Below, piece by piece: positions 38,246-52,483 of a stretch of 64,000 nt of DNA. Source of the DNA: Azolla caroliniana (lineage: Eukaryota > Plantae > Polypodiophyta). The position numbers were made by a program, and so were the translations under genes. How positions within the stretch are numbered: position 1 is the stretch's first letter; each line of letters begins with the position of its first letter. Below the pieces are notes generated by a model. The model was not told the origin of the DNA. It did not search any database and worked only from the letters and a program-made list of their open reading frames with translations. The DNA is taken from NCBI GenBank assembly GCA_043228905.1, contig JBHGNT010000012.1, positions 558,001-622,000 of the forward strand, in the 5' to 3' direction.

Positions 38246-41200
38246 GAGGAGTAAGACAGTAAGACACAGAGAATACGCAAGGTAAAAGTATATTAACAAA
38301 GGAGAAAGACTCAACATTATACAAGGTGGGAGGAGCGTGCTTTATATAGTCACCCTCTCTCTTCATTAACTACAAGAATCATGGAGCATGGGGAATGTGA
38401 AAGCTCATAAGTTATGTGTCATAGAATATGATTCTATGACTCATACTAAATGCTAGAATACAAAGTGGTGACATAGTGGTGACTCTTGACCGTTGGAGTG
38501 TCTATTCACTCTCAAGGTGAGTTCACACACTAGACCAAGTTGAGTTTGATTCTCAACATGCCCCCTCAAGCTCAAGTTAGGTCGGTTTCAGACGGTATCC
38601 GAAATCCACTTCGACTCGCGTTCCGGAGTCCACATCGACTTGCATTTATGCGGAGTTGCGGAATCCATGCTCCAGCTTGCGTTGTGCGTAGTTGCGAAGT
38701 CTGTGCTTCGATTTGCGTCTTTCTTTGCGGTTTTGCATGGTAGATTGGATCTTCGCGGCTTCGTTCGTTGCACGGTTGCGGAATCCACGCGTTACTGCGT
38801 AGTGTCTTGTGTACTCCTCCTCAAGCTTGGCAGGTCATGGATCGTCAATCCGAGATCGGTCATGAATTGCCATAGCTTGTCGGCTCCTAAGGCTTTAGTG
38901 AAGATGTCGGTGGTTTGAAGATTGGTGCTAATGTGTTGTAGGTTGACATCGCCAGCTAGAATGCGCTCTTGGATGAAGTGATAGTGTACTTCGATGTGCT
39001 TTGTCCGCGCGTGGAACATCGGGTTCCCAGCCAAATAGATACTGCTCATGTTGTCGGAGTAAAGGGAAGTTGGATCCATGATGGGTACGCCCAGATCCTT
39101 GAGTATCCTTTTGAGCCATACGACTTCACATGTGGCCACTGCCGCGCCCCTGTATTCCGCCTCTATGCTCGAAAGAGCGATGGTTGGTTGCTTTTTGCTG
39201 CTCCAGGATATTGCTCCGCTGTAGAGGGAAAAAACAAATCCGGAGTTTGATCTTCTATCAGCTTTATAGCCGGCCCAATCGGCGTTTGTGTACCCCTCAA
39301 GTCGTATTGGCATCACGGTCTTGTAGAGGATGCCGCAATCCATTGTGCCGCTCATGTATCGTAAAAATCGCTTAGCACAATCCAAGTGAGTATCACACGA
39401 TGTTTGCATGAATTGACTAAGGAGACCGACCGGATAATTGAGATCGGGTTGAGTGATCATGAGGTAGATGAGACTCCCGATGAGTTGCTGATACTAAGTC
39501 ACCTCACACGCTTTGGTGCCGGAGTTCGCATCTAGTTTGAGATTGCGATCGAGCGGGGTTGCCGCAGATTTGCACCCAGCCATACCGAACTTGTATAACA
39601 AGTTGAGTATGTAGTGCCGTTGAGAGATCATGATTCCGGCTGGAGTCCGAACTACCTTGATGTCGAGGAAGCAGTGGAGTTCATTCATGTCCGTCATCTC
39701 AAACTTGTCGGAACGGAGGGATTTGACCTTATTGATTTCGACGAGATGCTCACCTCCAATGACTAGGTCATCAACATATAAGATGATGATGATCGGACTT
39801 GTGGAATCGCTTCGTATGTAGAGGGAGTTGTCCGATTTTGACATACGGAAGCCGATTTGATGAAGATATTGTGTTATCTTCGAATGCCAAGCACGCGGTG
39901 CTTACTTGAGGCCGTAGAGTGGTTTCTTGAGTCGGCATACAACTTTTTGAAGACGGGTGGTTGTATAATGTACACCTCCTCTTCTAATTCACCTCGTAGA
40001 AAGGCGTTCTTGATCTCCATTTGATGGAGGTGCCACCCTTTCGCCGCGGCAAGCACAATTACCGTCCGTACTATCATCATCTTTGCCACCGGGATAAAGG
40101 TCTCTTCGTAGTCAACTCCGTGCGTTTGTGCGTAGCCTTTTGCTACGAGTCACGCTGTGTAGCGGTTGACGGAACCATCGGCGTTGTACTTCACTTTGTA
40201 AATCCATCTACATCCGATCTCCTTTTTGTGTGGTGATGTGGGAACGAGATCCCACATCTCATTCTTGCGTAGTGCTTGCATCTCCTCGTTCATGGCTTCA
40301 CTCCATCACGGATCCTTGGCTGCTTCGGAGAATGTTTCCGGCTAGTGTATTGTCGCCACCTTCATAATAAAGGCATAGTGATCTGCCATCTAGTCGTTGT
40401 AGCTGAATCGGCTAACTGGATTCTTTTCACGAGTGGAGCAATGGAGGTTTTCATTTGCAGAGATAGGGACTTTCTTAGCTCCGATTGGTACATCAAAGCC
40501 GCCGAACTCACTGTCGAGTGAGTGAGTCGACTCATCATCGTCGAAGCGATCGTCTTCGTATTCCGACATTTTCGCCTTGATTTTGTCCATCTTCGGGCTA
40601 GGCCGTGATGTGCTTTGATCGCTCAAAGGCTCTTGCGGTCCGCTCAGTTGGGTTGTGATCGGACTTTCTTCGAACATGCACGTAAGGCGATCTTCATCCT
40701 CTATTTCTTGTTCGGCGGATTCCAGGTAGAGCAGAGTCGGAGTCGACGTTGTCTCTGGTGCGTACCAGGATGCAGACTCGTCAAAAATGACGTCTCGACT
40801 TACTCGAGATTTTCGAGTTGAGGGGTTGTAGCACTTGTACCCCTTTTACTCCTGTGAGTATCCTATGAGAATACATTTCTCCGACTTCAGGTCAAGCTTT
40901 TGACGCTTCTCATTGGGGATGTGCACGTACGCTATTACGCTGAATATCCGGGTGTGCGATAAGTCCGGCTTCTTTCCGAAGTATTTTTCGTGCGGAGTGA
41001 CCTCGTGTACTCCAGATGTTGTGCACCGGTTCATTAGGTAGACGGCCGTATTTGCAGCTTCGGCCCAATATGACTTTGGCATATGCTTCTCGTTCATCAT
41101 AGCCCACGCTACTTCGAGGATGTGCCAATTTTTGTGCTCGGCTACTCCGTTTTGTTGCAGAGTGTGTCGGCAAGTGAATTCTTACCGAATTCCTTCCTTT

Positions 41201-43647
41201 CGGAGATACACCGTGAAATCGTCCGAGAAGTACTCCTTGCCGCCATCCGATTGAAGGCATCGTACATGACGGCCCGTGGCTTTCTCGATTTCATTCTTGA
41301 ATTTTTGGAAGTGTCCGAACACTTCGCTGTTTTGCCGCATCAGATAGATCCAAGTGTGCCTAGAGAAGTCGTCGATGAAGGTCACGTACTATCGGCTTCC
41401 ACCGAATGTCGCCGTCTGAGCCGGACCCCATACGTCGAAATGGACTACAACGAGTACACCTTTGCTCACGTTCCGCTCTTTCAGGAATGGGTGTCGGTGT
41501 TGCTTGCCAAATTGGCACGCTTCACATACACCTTCAATCTCCTTCTGTTTGAATGTCGAGAGTCTGATGACGACTCCTTTCGATTTCATTGCTTTGAGTT
41601 TGTTGAGATTGATGTGGTTGATTCGCTTGTGCCATAGCTCTATGTCAGAGTCGGCTTTCGTGCTTTTTCCGAACATGGCGGATTTCATCTCGTGTGAATC
41701 GAGAATGAACATCCGGCCCTCTCTTCCTCCGCGCGCGATGATTCGGCCCTCTTTTTCGATGAAGCACCCTTCTTGGTCGAATCCTACTTGCATCCCTTGC
41801 TCAACCATTTGGCCAACCGAGACCAAATTCTTCGTGATGGTGGGAACATGCAAGACATTTTTAATGTATGTTTTCTTACCTCTTTCGCCGAACGGAACAT
41901 TACCGATGTGCTAAATCGGGTGCGTAGTATCATCTCCGGTTTTGACATAACCGGGTCGCTTCGGCTTTTGAAGTTCGAGAAACCATTCTTGATGAGATGT
42001 CATATGGTTTGAAGCTCCAGAGTCAACAAACCATACGTCCTCCGGATTGAGGGCACTAGTTGAGGTAGAGGCCGACATAGACTTTGCTCTATGTTTCATC
42101 ATGAACGTTCCACCGCGGTCGGAGTTGTGTGCATACATTCCACCACAATCTTCGTAGTCGGATCTGTGCCCGTACATTCCGCTATACTCTTCGTAGTCGG
42201 AATTATGCACGTAATTCGTGAGTTGTCGGCTTGTGGAAGCCGATTCACGCATCTTCTTTCGGCAGTCTTCTTCGTGGTGGTCGAGCTTTCCGCAATATCC
42301 GCATTCGCTTGCGTTTTGACGGCTCGGGCCGGAGTGGTGTCACGGACACACCAAGCGTGGACTACGGCGGAGCACGGATGATGAGACTACGACGGAGCGA
42401 TGACGGAATGACACAAGAGCATAAAGATAGAGATGAAGATTAAGGAGACAAGATGGGCGAAACGAGAATACTAGATTGATATGTCCATGACTGGCGTTGT
42501 TCACCTTGAATTCCTTCAAGGTGAACTCAACTATTTATACTAAGTGGCATGCATACCTATTGCATGCATGCGATACAATAGAGCATGTAGGCAGTAGGTA
42601 CGCTTGCATGTGCTAAGTGTAAATAATACAATGGAGAAATTATGCACATGATGCTAGCTAAAACGTACAATGAGGAAGTATATACATGATTATATGCTAG
42701 ATGTGTGGTTAACACATAACACTCGATTATAACATGGTCATGTCAAGAGTTGGAATCTTGACAAGTGGAAGCTCCCCCTTCTTGCGAAGGTTCCCCGTTG
42801 GCTTTCGTTTTGCGGCCGAAATTGGGAGTTGTTGTCGTAGGTCAGACCTCGTACGCCTTGTCCTTGACTGAATTGGCCTCTCACTTGTCCGCATCCTCTT
42901 CCTCCGTTCAAGTGCATGTAGAGCATGTGCCCTTCCAACTCATTGCTCCTTGTACGCATGTGGTTTTCTTCGACCAATAGCATTGATTGGAGCTCGAAGA
43001 AGGAGGGAGATTTCTCCCTTGCTAGAACGGCGGTTCACATCGCGCCGAACCGTGGTGCGAGGCCGTCGAGGCATATTTGCACCATCTCATCATCATCGAT
43101 ACTTACGCTTATCGAGCCGAGCTAGTCACAAAGCTCCTTGATCTTCAAGGTGTATGTCGTGATGGACATGTCCCTTTGTTGAATGTTGTTCAACTCTAGG
43201 TGGAGTTGAAGCCTTCCTGTGGTTGTGTTTGCCGCGAAAATCTTTCGTAGATTTTCCCATGCCTCCTTCGGCGTCTTGGCTTCACAAATGTAGCCGAGCA
43301 TGTGATCGTGAACACATGTCGCCAAGCAATACATCACGTGCCTTGCGGCTTGCTCCCATGTCACGTATCCGGGAGCCGCTTCGGCGGGTCGGTCTTCGTG
43401 CTCTCCTTTGATGTAGCTCAAATAGCCTTGTCTGACAAGGTATTGGTGCATCTTGTACTCCCAAGATGCAAAGTTGTTTCGATCCAACTTCTTGATAGGG
43501 AGAGCACTCCCCATTTGAGTATTCATTATGTCGATTCTTCTTCTTCTTCTCTCTTCGAATGCGAGCTATGTAGCGAAGCTATGATAGCAATGAGCCGGTT
43601 CTTCTTGAACGTCAGCGTAGAACTCAACACATGCGAATGGGCTAGAT
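38150..43647 (-). mobile_element. Copia family 1, copy b, nested in the family 3 LTR; 5' LTR and PBS deleted
   Basis: LTR 38150-38558 matches 12701-13101; internal region colinear with 13102-17720; fused directly to family 3 RNase H near 43647. Confidence 0.93.
42338..42763. mobile_element. Solo LTR (426 bp) inserted in gag of Copia 1b
   Basis: TGTCA...TGACA termini; TSD AGTGG at 42333-42337 and 42764-42768; empty site seen in copy a (~16822-16835). Confidence 0.92.
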
Positions 43648-46600
43648 GGATGTGCTTTGTACGAGAGTGATAGGCAATTTATTCGTAGCAAGATGAATAG
43701 CACTCTGATTATCACAATGAAGTAGGAATGTTTCTTGTTTCATTCCTAGTTCACCTAGGAAATCTCTCATCCAAATCAATTCTTTTTCGGCTTCTACTGC
43801 AGCCATATGCTCAGCTTCCGTGGTTGATAAAGCCACAACCTTTTGCAATCTTGATTGCCAAGATACAGCTCCCCCTGAATAAATCATCACATACCCTGAT
43901 GTGGATCGTCTGGAATCTACATCACCCGACATATCAGAATCTGTGAAACCTTCGAGCATAGGTTTCTTGAAGCCATATCTAAGGCATACACTTGAAGTAC
44001 CTTTGAGGTATCTGAATATCCATTTTACGGTTGCCCAATGTTCCTTTCCAAGATTACTCATGTAGCGACTAACTGTCCCAACAACAAATGCAATGTCCAA
44101 CCTTGTTCAAACCATAGCATACGTTAGGCTCCCTACAACCGAGGCATACGGTACCCTCCTCATCTCTGCCTTATCTTTCTCAGTTTTCGGACATTGTCCT
44201 GAATTTAACTTACAATTTACCGGCAATGGAGATCCAACAGATTTTGCATTGTACATGTTAAACCTTTGCAAAACTTTCCTCACATATTTCTCTTGTGATA
44301 GCCATAGCATGTTTTTAGTCCTGTCCCGGACTATATGCATTCCCAAAATCTGTTTTGCCGATCCTAAGTCTTTCATGGCAAAAGAATTGCTCAAAGCTTT
44401 CTTCAAGCTTGCAATCTTTTTAACATTCTGTCTAACAACGAACATATCATCCAGATACAACAATAAAATCAGAAAATCACCTTCATCATACCTTTTTACA
44501 AATACACAATGATCAGCTTGTGTTTTGTGGAATCCATGTTCCAAGATGAAGGACTCAAATTTCTTATACCATTGTCGTGGAACTTGCTTCAGCCCATACA
44601 AGTTTTTCCTCAACCTACATACGAGATTCTCTTTTCCTTTTACCTCAAAGCCCTCCGGTTGTTGCATATAGATTTCCTCTTCCAACTCACCATGCAAGAA
44701 TGTTGTTTTAACATCCAACAGTTCAATTTCTAGGTTCATACTGGCAGCCATACTCAAAACAGTCTGGATGGAGGTCATCCTCATTACTGGAGCAAAAATC
44801 TCATCAAAGTCAACATCCTTTTTCTATTGGAAACCTTTCACTACAATACGGGCCTTATACTTAGGTGTACTTCCATCTTCTCCAGTCTTTAGTTTGTAGA
44901 CCCATTTGTTTCTAAGTGCCTTCTTTCCATCAGGCAACTCCATCAGCTCATAGGTGTGGTTCTCATGTAGGAATCCATTTCCTCTTGCATGGCATTATAC
45001 CATTTCTCCTTATGTACATCAGTCATGGCCTCTTCATAGCATTCTGGTTCCTGAACATCAGTCAAGACAATATATTGACTGACTGGATACCGAGAGGAGG
45101 CCTTCGTTTGTCTTCGTGGATATCTTCATCCTTCAACAACCGATTCAGATTCAGTTTCTTCTACCAGCTCATCTTTCGACTAAGATTCGTGTGCATCCAT
45201 TTGCTGTTGAGTGTCGGCTGACTCATATTCAGCTTCATCAGCCGACTAGTTGTGTGGGAGTGGTATTGACTAGCGTCGACTCCATAGCAGTAGTCGATTG
45301 GGAAGGCGACTCTAGTCTTTGTTGATTCCAGTCTTCGATTGTCTTGTCTTCCATGAATATAACATCTCGACTTCTTATCACTTTCTTATCAAGGAGATCC
45401 CACATTCTGTACCCAAACCCATCTTCCGAGTACCCCAAGAATATACAAGGCTTGGACTTGTTGTCCAGATTTGACCTCTGATCTTTAACAACATGTACAT
45501 AGGCCAAGCATCCAAACACCCTCAAATGCTAATAAGACACATTCCTTCCTGTCCACACCCTCTGTGGGACATCCCCCTTCAAAGGTACTCAAGGAGACTT
45601 GTTTATAAAGTAGACAGTCGTCAACATTGCCTCAGCCCAATACGACTTTGGCAATTTTGCATGCGCCAACATGCTTCTTACCCTTTCCATTATGGTCTGA
45701 TTCATTCTCTTTGCAAGACCATTCAGCTCAGGTGTCTTCGACACCGTATACTCAAGTTTGATGCCTTGAGTCTTACAATACATCTCAAATTGGCCTCTAT
45801 ACTCGCCACCATTATCTATTCAGACAACTTTCAACTTCTATCCAGATTCTCTTTCTGCCCTTGCATGGAACTCTTTGAACAACGACAACACTTGGTCTTT
45901 GGACACCAACACAAAAGCCCACACCTTTCTGCTGAAGTCATCAATAAATGTGACAAAGTATTGTCCACCACGGTGTGATGGGGCATCGACATAACACACA
46001 TATTTGTGAACCAGTTCTAAGGCAGGCTCTCTTCTCATCGGAGGCTTGGAGGGAGAGGTGTATTCCACACACTTTTCAAGGTGTATTCCTTTCACCTTTG
46101 GTAGGAAATCCTTTTCAGCAAGGATATGCATTCCCCTTTCGCTCATGTGCCCGAGCCTTTTATGCCACAACTCACCATCTGAGTCACCAACTACATTTGC
46201 TTCATCTCGGCACAATTTTGCATGCATTACGTATAGTGTGTTCTGTTTTTGTGCTCGAGCCACAATCAGCTCCCTTTATAGAACTTCCATGTACCATTAC
46301 GAAAACCACCACTATAGCCTTCGTCATCTAGCCGTCCAATCGATATCAGATTCAATCTGACATCTAGAACATGGCGAACATCCTTCAACATCAACTTGCA
46401 ACCAGTAGATGTTAGCAAACACACGTTTCCTATGCCCACAATCTTGCATTCACCGTCATTTCCCATCCTTCTGTAGTCGTAGTCACCGGTTGTGTAAGAT
46501 GAGAAGCATTTTGTTTTGGGAGTCAAGTGGAATGATGCACCAGAATCCACTACCCATGAGCACTCAACCTTTGCAAGGTTCACACTACCTTGTTCACAAA

Positions 46601-47450
46601 TAAATAATATCTCTTCTTCACTAGTTGCAATGGCTGAGGTGTTTTTATCATCAGAAATTTTTCTGCGTTCGACCTCATCAACCATGCCTCTATCCTTCCT
46701 AAGGTGTCCACAATTCTTTTGGAAGTGACCAGGCTTCCCACAATAGAAGCATGTAGTTCTTCCTCTAGATTTCTACCTTGCATAAAACCTATCTCCATTT
46801 TCGGGACTTCTATGTTTGCTTCTTCCTCTACTAAGCTCTTGGGTCACATTAGCTTCCGATTGAGACAAGGCACTTTTATCCTTTCTTCTTGTCTCTTCAT
46901 TTAAAATACTTGTCTTTACTACTTGTAAAGATAGATTATCTTCTTTACATGAGGTATTGAGTGTCACTATTAGGTTTTCTCAACTGTCTGGTAGAGTACA
47001 TAGTAGTAGTGTGGCATGTATAGCATCATCTAATGGGAACTTCGTTGATGCTAACTGATTCACCGGTCCCATGAACGTACTGATGTGCTCTACAATGCTC
47101 TCCCCATCTACATACTTTAGTCTCACTATTTTCTTCACTAGGGAAGTTTTATTTAAGGCATTTTTCCTTTCATAAAGTGCAAAGAGTTTATGCCATAACT
47201 CGAAGGCATTGGTATCACTTGATACATGTTGTAAAACACTAATGTCTACACACTGCCTTATAGTTGCCATTGCTTTTCTATGTAGAGTTTTCCACTCAGA
47301 TTCTATTACCCCTCTAGGTATGTCTTCCTTTTCTATAGGCTCATACAGATCTTTGACTATCAGAAGATCTTCCATTTTGATCTTCCAGTTTGAGTAGTTT
47401 TGTGAGTTTAGGACAATCATCCCCGGAAAGCCACTCACATTCCCTTCCAT
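43648..47450 (-). pseudogene. Copia family 3 gag-pol, fragmented
   Basis: MEGNVSGFPG..WKIKMEDLLIV, VVDSGASFH, WHKRLGH, YLDDMF, WQSRLQK; many stops and frameshifts. Confidence 0.92.
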
Positions 47451-48608
47451 CTAGAACCTACGCTCTGATACCAATTTGATGGATTTTACACTCAGATGTG
47501 AACCACTAATATAGTGAGACACAAAATGAACGAAAAACAAACAACACACGATTTATGTGGAAAACCCTGATTTCAGGGAAAAACCACAGTGAACAGAAAT
47601 TTCCACTAAGAGATAAGACAAAATACAATCACACAATGATAGAACCTTTTTTGGTATGGATGTACTCTGAAACCACAATTTCAGCCGAGTGCACCAAACC
47701 CTAACTCGTAGGTATCTATCACTTTCGAAGCTTCCAAAGCTTCTATGTTCTCTCTCTCTTCCTTTCTGTTGCATTCTTCTTTCTTCTTCTCACACTCAAC
47801 TTTCAAGCTATGTCACTCGCTCTCACACACACAACCATTGTGTTAGCTCTATATCGTTCTTAGTGTCACACTTCTCTTGCAACACCTTCTATATATTTTC
47901 GTGTTGCTCTCACTGTTTTACTCTCAGTGAGTTATCTCACATACATACGCAACCAATACGATTCTGCCTATATATACTAACTCATCTCATATACATATAT
48001 ATGAATACATACATACATACATACATGTATATATATATAGATATGTTTGTTAGAAGTTCTATTCGACCGAATCCCATTTCGGCTTTTCGACCGATTTCGA
48101 GTCGGCTCTCCGGCCAATTCCCCCGAAAGGAGGGACAATCTTACATAACACCTACCCCGTCTTACCTGCAATTTAACCGACTTATCCTAATCAGTTACAG
48201 GTGGAAACCCTAAAGCGAGACCTGTCAAACCTCAACTTATAAACAATATTGGTCGACAAACGTGGCGATTCTGAAATCCATTGATTATTTGTAATCGTGA
48301 ATGCTTTATTTATAGAGAATGAAACTATGCTTTGTATAATAAGACCTTACTATAAAACTGATTTTCAGACTCATAATTGCAAAAGAAGTGTGAAACTAAA
48401 CTATGTGATGAATATGAGAGAGACAAAACTGAAAAATAAAATAAATATAATATTTAGGTTAAATATTTCCACAGCAACCACTCACTCATCAGTAAGAAAA
48501 CAGTGGGTTGCATCAAACCCTAAGATGAAAGGAAAACATGAAAATATACAAACATAACAACATTGAACTTTGATCCAATCTGTAGTAAATGAATGTGGAC
48601 TGATGTTG

Positions 48609-50167
48609 TCAACTTGAATGAAATTTTGAGCGGTCAAGCATAGGATAACTGCCGCCTGTTGGTTGATTGTAGGAAGTAAAGGCAAAACAGCCACACAAAT
48701 CTGGTCCAGTATAGATAGCCAAGTCTTGTGTAGCCCCAGAGCCTCTATCCTCCCACACCTTCATGAGTTTTTCTCCAGTCACGTAAGTAACAAGCTTTTC
48801 GTTTATGGCAACCATGCCTTGGATGTCCTCACTAGATGGAGGCATATAATCCTCCTTTAAAACCAGAAAATTTACCAAAGAATTATTCATTCTTTTTTCC
48901 AAGGTATCGATCTTGAAGAAGTATGGCGACAAGCACACAAAACCTGGGGGGATCCGATCCGCCTTCACACGCCAACAACTGTGGTCGTCCCGATAAATGA
49001 CTCGTCCACGATCAGTCCATATACACTCCCACCATTCGTTACCACCACCAATGGGACATGTGTTGCTCTGAGCTTGTTTGAAATCTGTAAACAATAAGGT
49101 TTCTACCTTTGTGGATTGATTTGGTAAACCAAGTTCTGGTCGTTGGCCTAACAAACAGGGCCTAGGACGATGGTTACTTTGTGAGGCATTATAATCATTC
49201 GGTTGAAAGTAGAAGGAGACATACTTTCCCGTTAGCATCAATGAGCCGTATGTAGTAGTGTACTTGTACTGTGCAGGCTCTTTTCTAATCTCCAAATCCA
49301 AAATCTCATTGTAATTGGCCTGTTGCAAATCATTATCACGAGAACAATTATTTTTCGAAACGTTTTGATTCCAGACCATGGCCAAAATGGTGAGTACTTC
49401 AACCGTGGAGGGAGGGTTTTTACTCTCCCTGATTCAAGTTTGGGGCTGCAATGGTTGTAGAAATTAACCCTAAAAAGTTTGTGGTATGTGGTATGGGGTG
49501 TATAATAACAGATCTAGAAAATCATAGGGTTGATTTAAGGATAATAAGTTTGTGAAATGATTAGCTATACCTGTGACGGAGGGGGAGGCAGAGGGCGTGG
49601 TGCACAAAGAGATGAAGGCAGCATGTCTGCAATCTCGATGGCCATGTTATAAATCTCCAGTTCCACGATTTCATTGGGCTTCAGGATCTTCCCCCTCATC
49701 TGCTTCACTTGTGCCACATATTGAGCCCATTTTCGGACATTGACCACACCCTCCTTGAAGGCTCCCCATGTTTTGTCCCATTTCTCAAGACTGGCACTCT
49801 CATTTTTCAGGAATTCATTGATGTCCCGGGTATCATAGAAGATGGGGTAGAGGTTGATGGGATCCTCTTTGTCCAGGGTTCGGTCGACCAGTAGCTCCAG
49901 CTCTCGCATGGGCCAGTATGACTCGAAGAAATTTGGCGAAATGATGAGCACCCCTACCTTGCATGACTTGATGGCAGTCTCAATGTTCTCGAAAATGCGG
50001 GCACCCATTGGGATTGATGTGACGGAACGATCGAAGAAGATTGCACTGGACGATCGGTTTCGCAATATCTCCGTGAGGTGCTTGAATAGACCGTCGGCCA
50101 CAAGCTTCTGGTGGCCCGAATGGCTAAGGAATATTTGGCAATCACTACCATTAGCATTATTGTCCAT
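48609..50167 (-). CDS. Gene B2: TIR + Pro linker + Vps62/beta-tripod-like domain; exons 50167-49571 and 49319-48609; 435 aa; intact
   Basis: TIR with WPMREL; donor CAG|GTATAG at 49571/49570; acceptor GCAACAG|GCC at 49320/49319; phase-0 in-frame join (PPPPSQ|ANYNEIL); exon 2 has WECIWTDRG and KVWEDRGSGA. Confidence 0.88.
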
Positions 50168-50249
50168 GATGGAGAATGAGGTATGCTGATAGGAGGCAAG
50201 GCAAAGTTTCTCAAGTTATGTTTTAAAGGACATAGTAGTAGGTAGTATG

Positions 50250-50465
50250 CATTATATAAAGAGCGGAACAACACATGTAGAAGTTGACCAAGGCCCAAGG
50301 ACCCCTTTATTGTTGGTGGGGAACCCATGAAGACGTTAAGGATGTACAACAACCCTTTATTATGGGTGGGAATCACTATGTGAGAAGGGCACGCTAACAA
50401 CACATCCTTTTCGTTGACACAATGACATATTTTCCTTTCATCTTGTACTTCTCCATTCGTTGACC
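50250..50465 (-). promoter_or_regulatory. B2 promoter: TATA-like box and two W-boxes (TTGACC)
   Basis: tttatataat on the minus strand at ~50252-50261; TTGACC at 50284-50289 and 50460-50465. Confidence 0.5.
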
Positions 50466-52483
50466 AATTCTATTTTCACAGAAATGGGGGGGGGGGGGGG
50501 GGGGGGGGGTCAATAGGAAAACATTGGGATTACACACGCTTTGGTTGCAAGTGAGTGCATGTATACATTTGTTCGCCATTCGGTTGCTCAAACATTGCAC
50601 ACATCACACAAATTGATGTATACATGTTGTGAATCCACTCAACTATGAAGAATGAATCTCTCAAGCCCATTTTTTAAATAAATTATTACTACGGATCATC
50701 TCCAACGAGAGACATGAATTACTTTACAGCATAGCCACATCAATCCCGTTACTTTAGACACTCGACCTTCACATGAGATGCAAAGCACAAACTTCACTAT
50801 CAAACCATCCAATTTTCTTAATGCGAGATGCCCGAATCAATAATTATTGATAATGTCATCACCTATGTGAGAGGACACTTTGAACCTAATTATGAAACTT
50901 CACAAATATCAAAATCTAATTATATTTATGAACTGTGGATCGATTCAATCTCAATTTTTGTTCTAGATTGTTTTGGGCAATATGTTTTTTGCAATAGAGA
51001 CAAGTTCTCTTCCTCTCCAACCAAGTGGGTTTTCTCTTACGACTTTCACACAATGTAGGGCCATACGTTATGACTCATAACTCATCCTTATCTGATTCCA
51101 CTATTGTTTGATGCATAAAGGAAATACTTTAATATCATGCTTAAAAAAGTAGTGCATTGTTCTAGGCAAGACAATGCCATGGAATGAACTTGTTACACAA
51201 TAGATACGTTGCCATTTTCTGTAGAAATCATTTGTCATCTATAGCTCATCCAAAGAGGTTTAGGGGTTGTTGCATCAACTTGTTTCCAAACCAATTAATT
51301 ATACCTCCACTTTAAAAAAATTGGTGTGAAGACTACAAGAATGTTATACAACGGGAAAAACATACGAGGTATGGATAATATAGAGCTATATCATGACATT
51401 CCACTCTAAATGCATCCATCTTAGAGACTTTTTATTTATTTATTTAAAAACCCATCTTAGAACTATCAATACTTATGTGTAGGTCGAGACAATACAACCA
51501 ATTATTCAAGTTTTAGAAAACCTATGTTATAAGTTTATGTGTTGTGAATAGGTGGTCAATGACTATCTTTCGGATATGGAATTAAAAATGCTTGGTTGTG
51601 TAGTTTGGCATGTGTAATAATATCCTTCAACATGATTAGCACACTTGAATTGAGTAGTAATTAGCTTCTAAAGAACATGAGAGAACCCAATACACCTTCA
51701 CTAAAGGCAATCTTCATCATATCACCCTTTTGAGTGTGGTATTGTTCTCTATCCATGATTCTTTTGGAGGTGTGTAGTTGAATATGATTAAGGTCATTGC
51801 CAAAGACCACTACATCAACCTCTAAAACATAATGGGCCATGCATGATACCAATATCTACCGCTCTAAGCCAAAACATATTGTGGATATTTTAGTTTTAAA
51901 TGTTTTATGGCCCATGCTATACTAGTTTACTACAAGTTGTGCAGAACATCATTTTGCTATGCACCGTGACAATGGACTCCAAGGATAAAGATCCTTCGAA
52001 GAGGTAACGAGAGCTATGAAATTAAGTATGGTCAATCGTATAAATGGGTACCAACAAATGAATACCCCTAAGTATAAGAGGCAAGGCAACATTTACATTT
52101 CCCTTGACAAATTCTCTTCCTATCCAACCTAGTAGGTATTCAATTTCACATAATGTGCCAACTGAAGCGCATAAGGCATTAGCTCATCCTTGTTTGATTA
52201 CTTGTAAGGTCTCATTAGAACCCAAGACACCTCTCACTCAAGATAATTTGCTTCGGCTTTAGCATGACTACTCCACATTCAATCGGTACATCAACAAATG
52301 TGTGAATCACAGGAAACAAAGTCAAATTCATAAAATATGAAGGAAAATCTTGGATTAAGTGGAGGAGAAGAAAGCGATGAAAAACAGGTTAAAAACATGA
52401 CATTCAATATCTTTAAGCATGATCGCTTTTGGAACAATATGCAGGAACTGATCTTCCCATTGATTCAACCAAATATGCTGCGT

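Larger units (their letters stand above)
37626..48150 (-). mobile_element. Copia family 3 (AT-rich relative of family 2) carrying nested insertions
   Basis: TSD CCTAC (37621-37625, 48151-48155); 5' LTR 47477-48150; 3' LTR 37626-38149 interrupted; PBS 47462-47473. Confidence 0.95.

Noticed and set aside
49320-49385. N-terminal extension MAMVWNQNV of the 258-aa ORF as an independent start
   Set aside because: Lies in the predicted intron; the equivalent frame is closed by a stop in A1 and B1 lacks the ATG.
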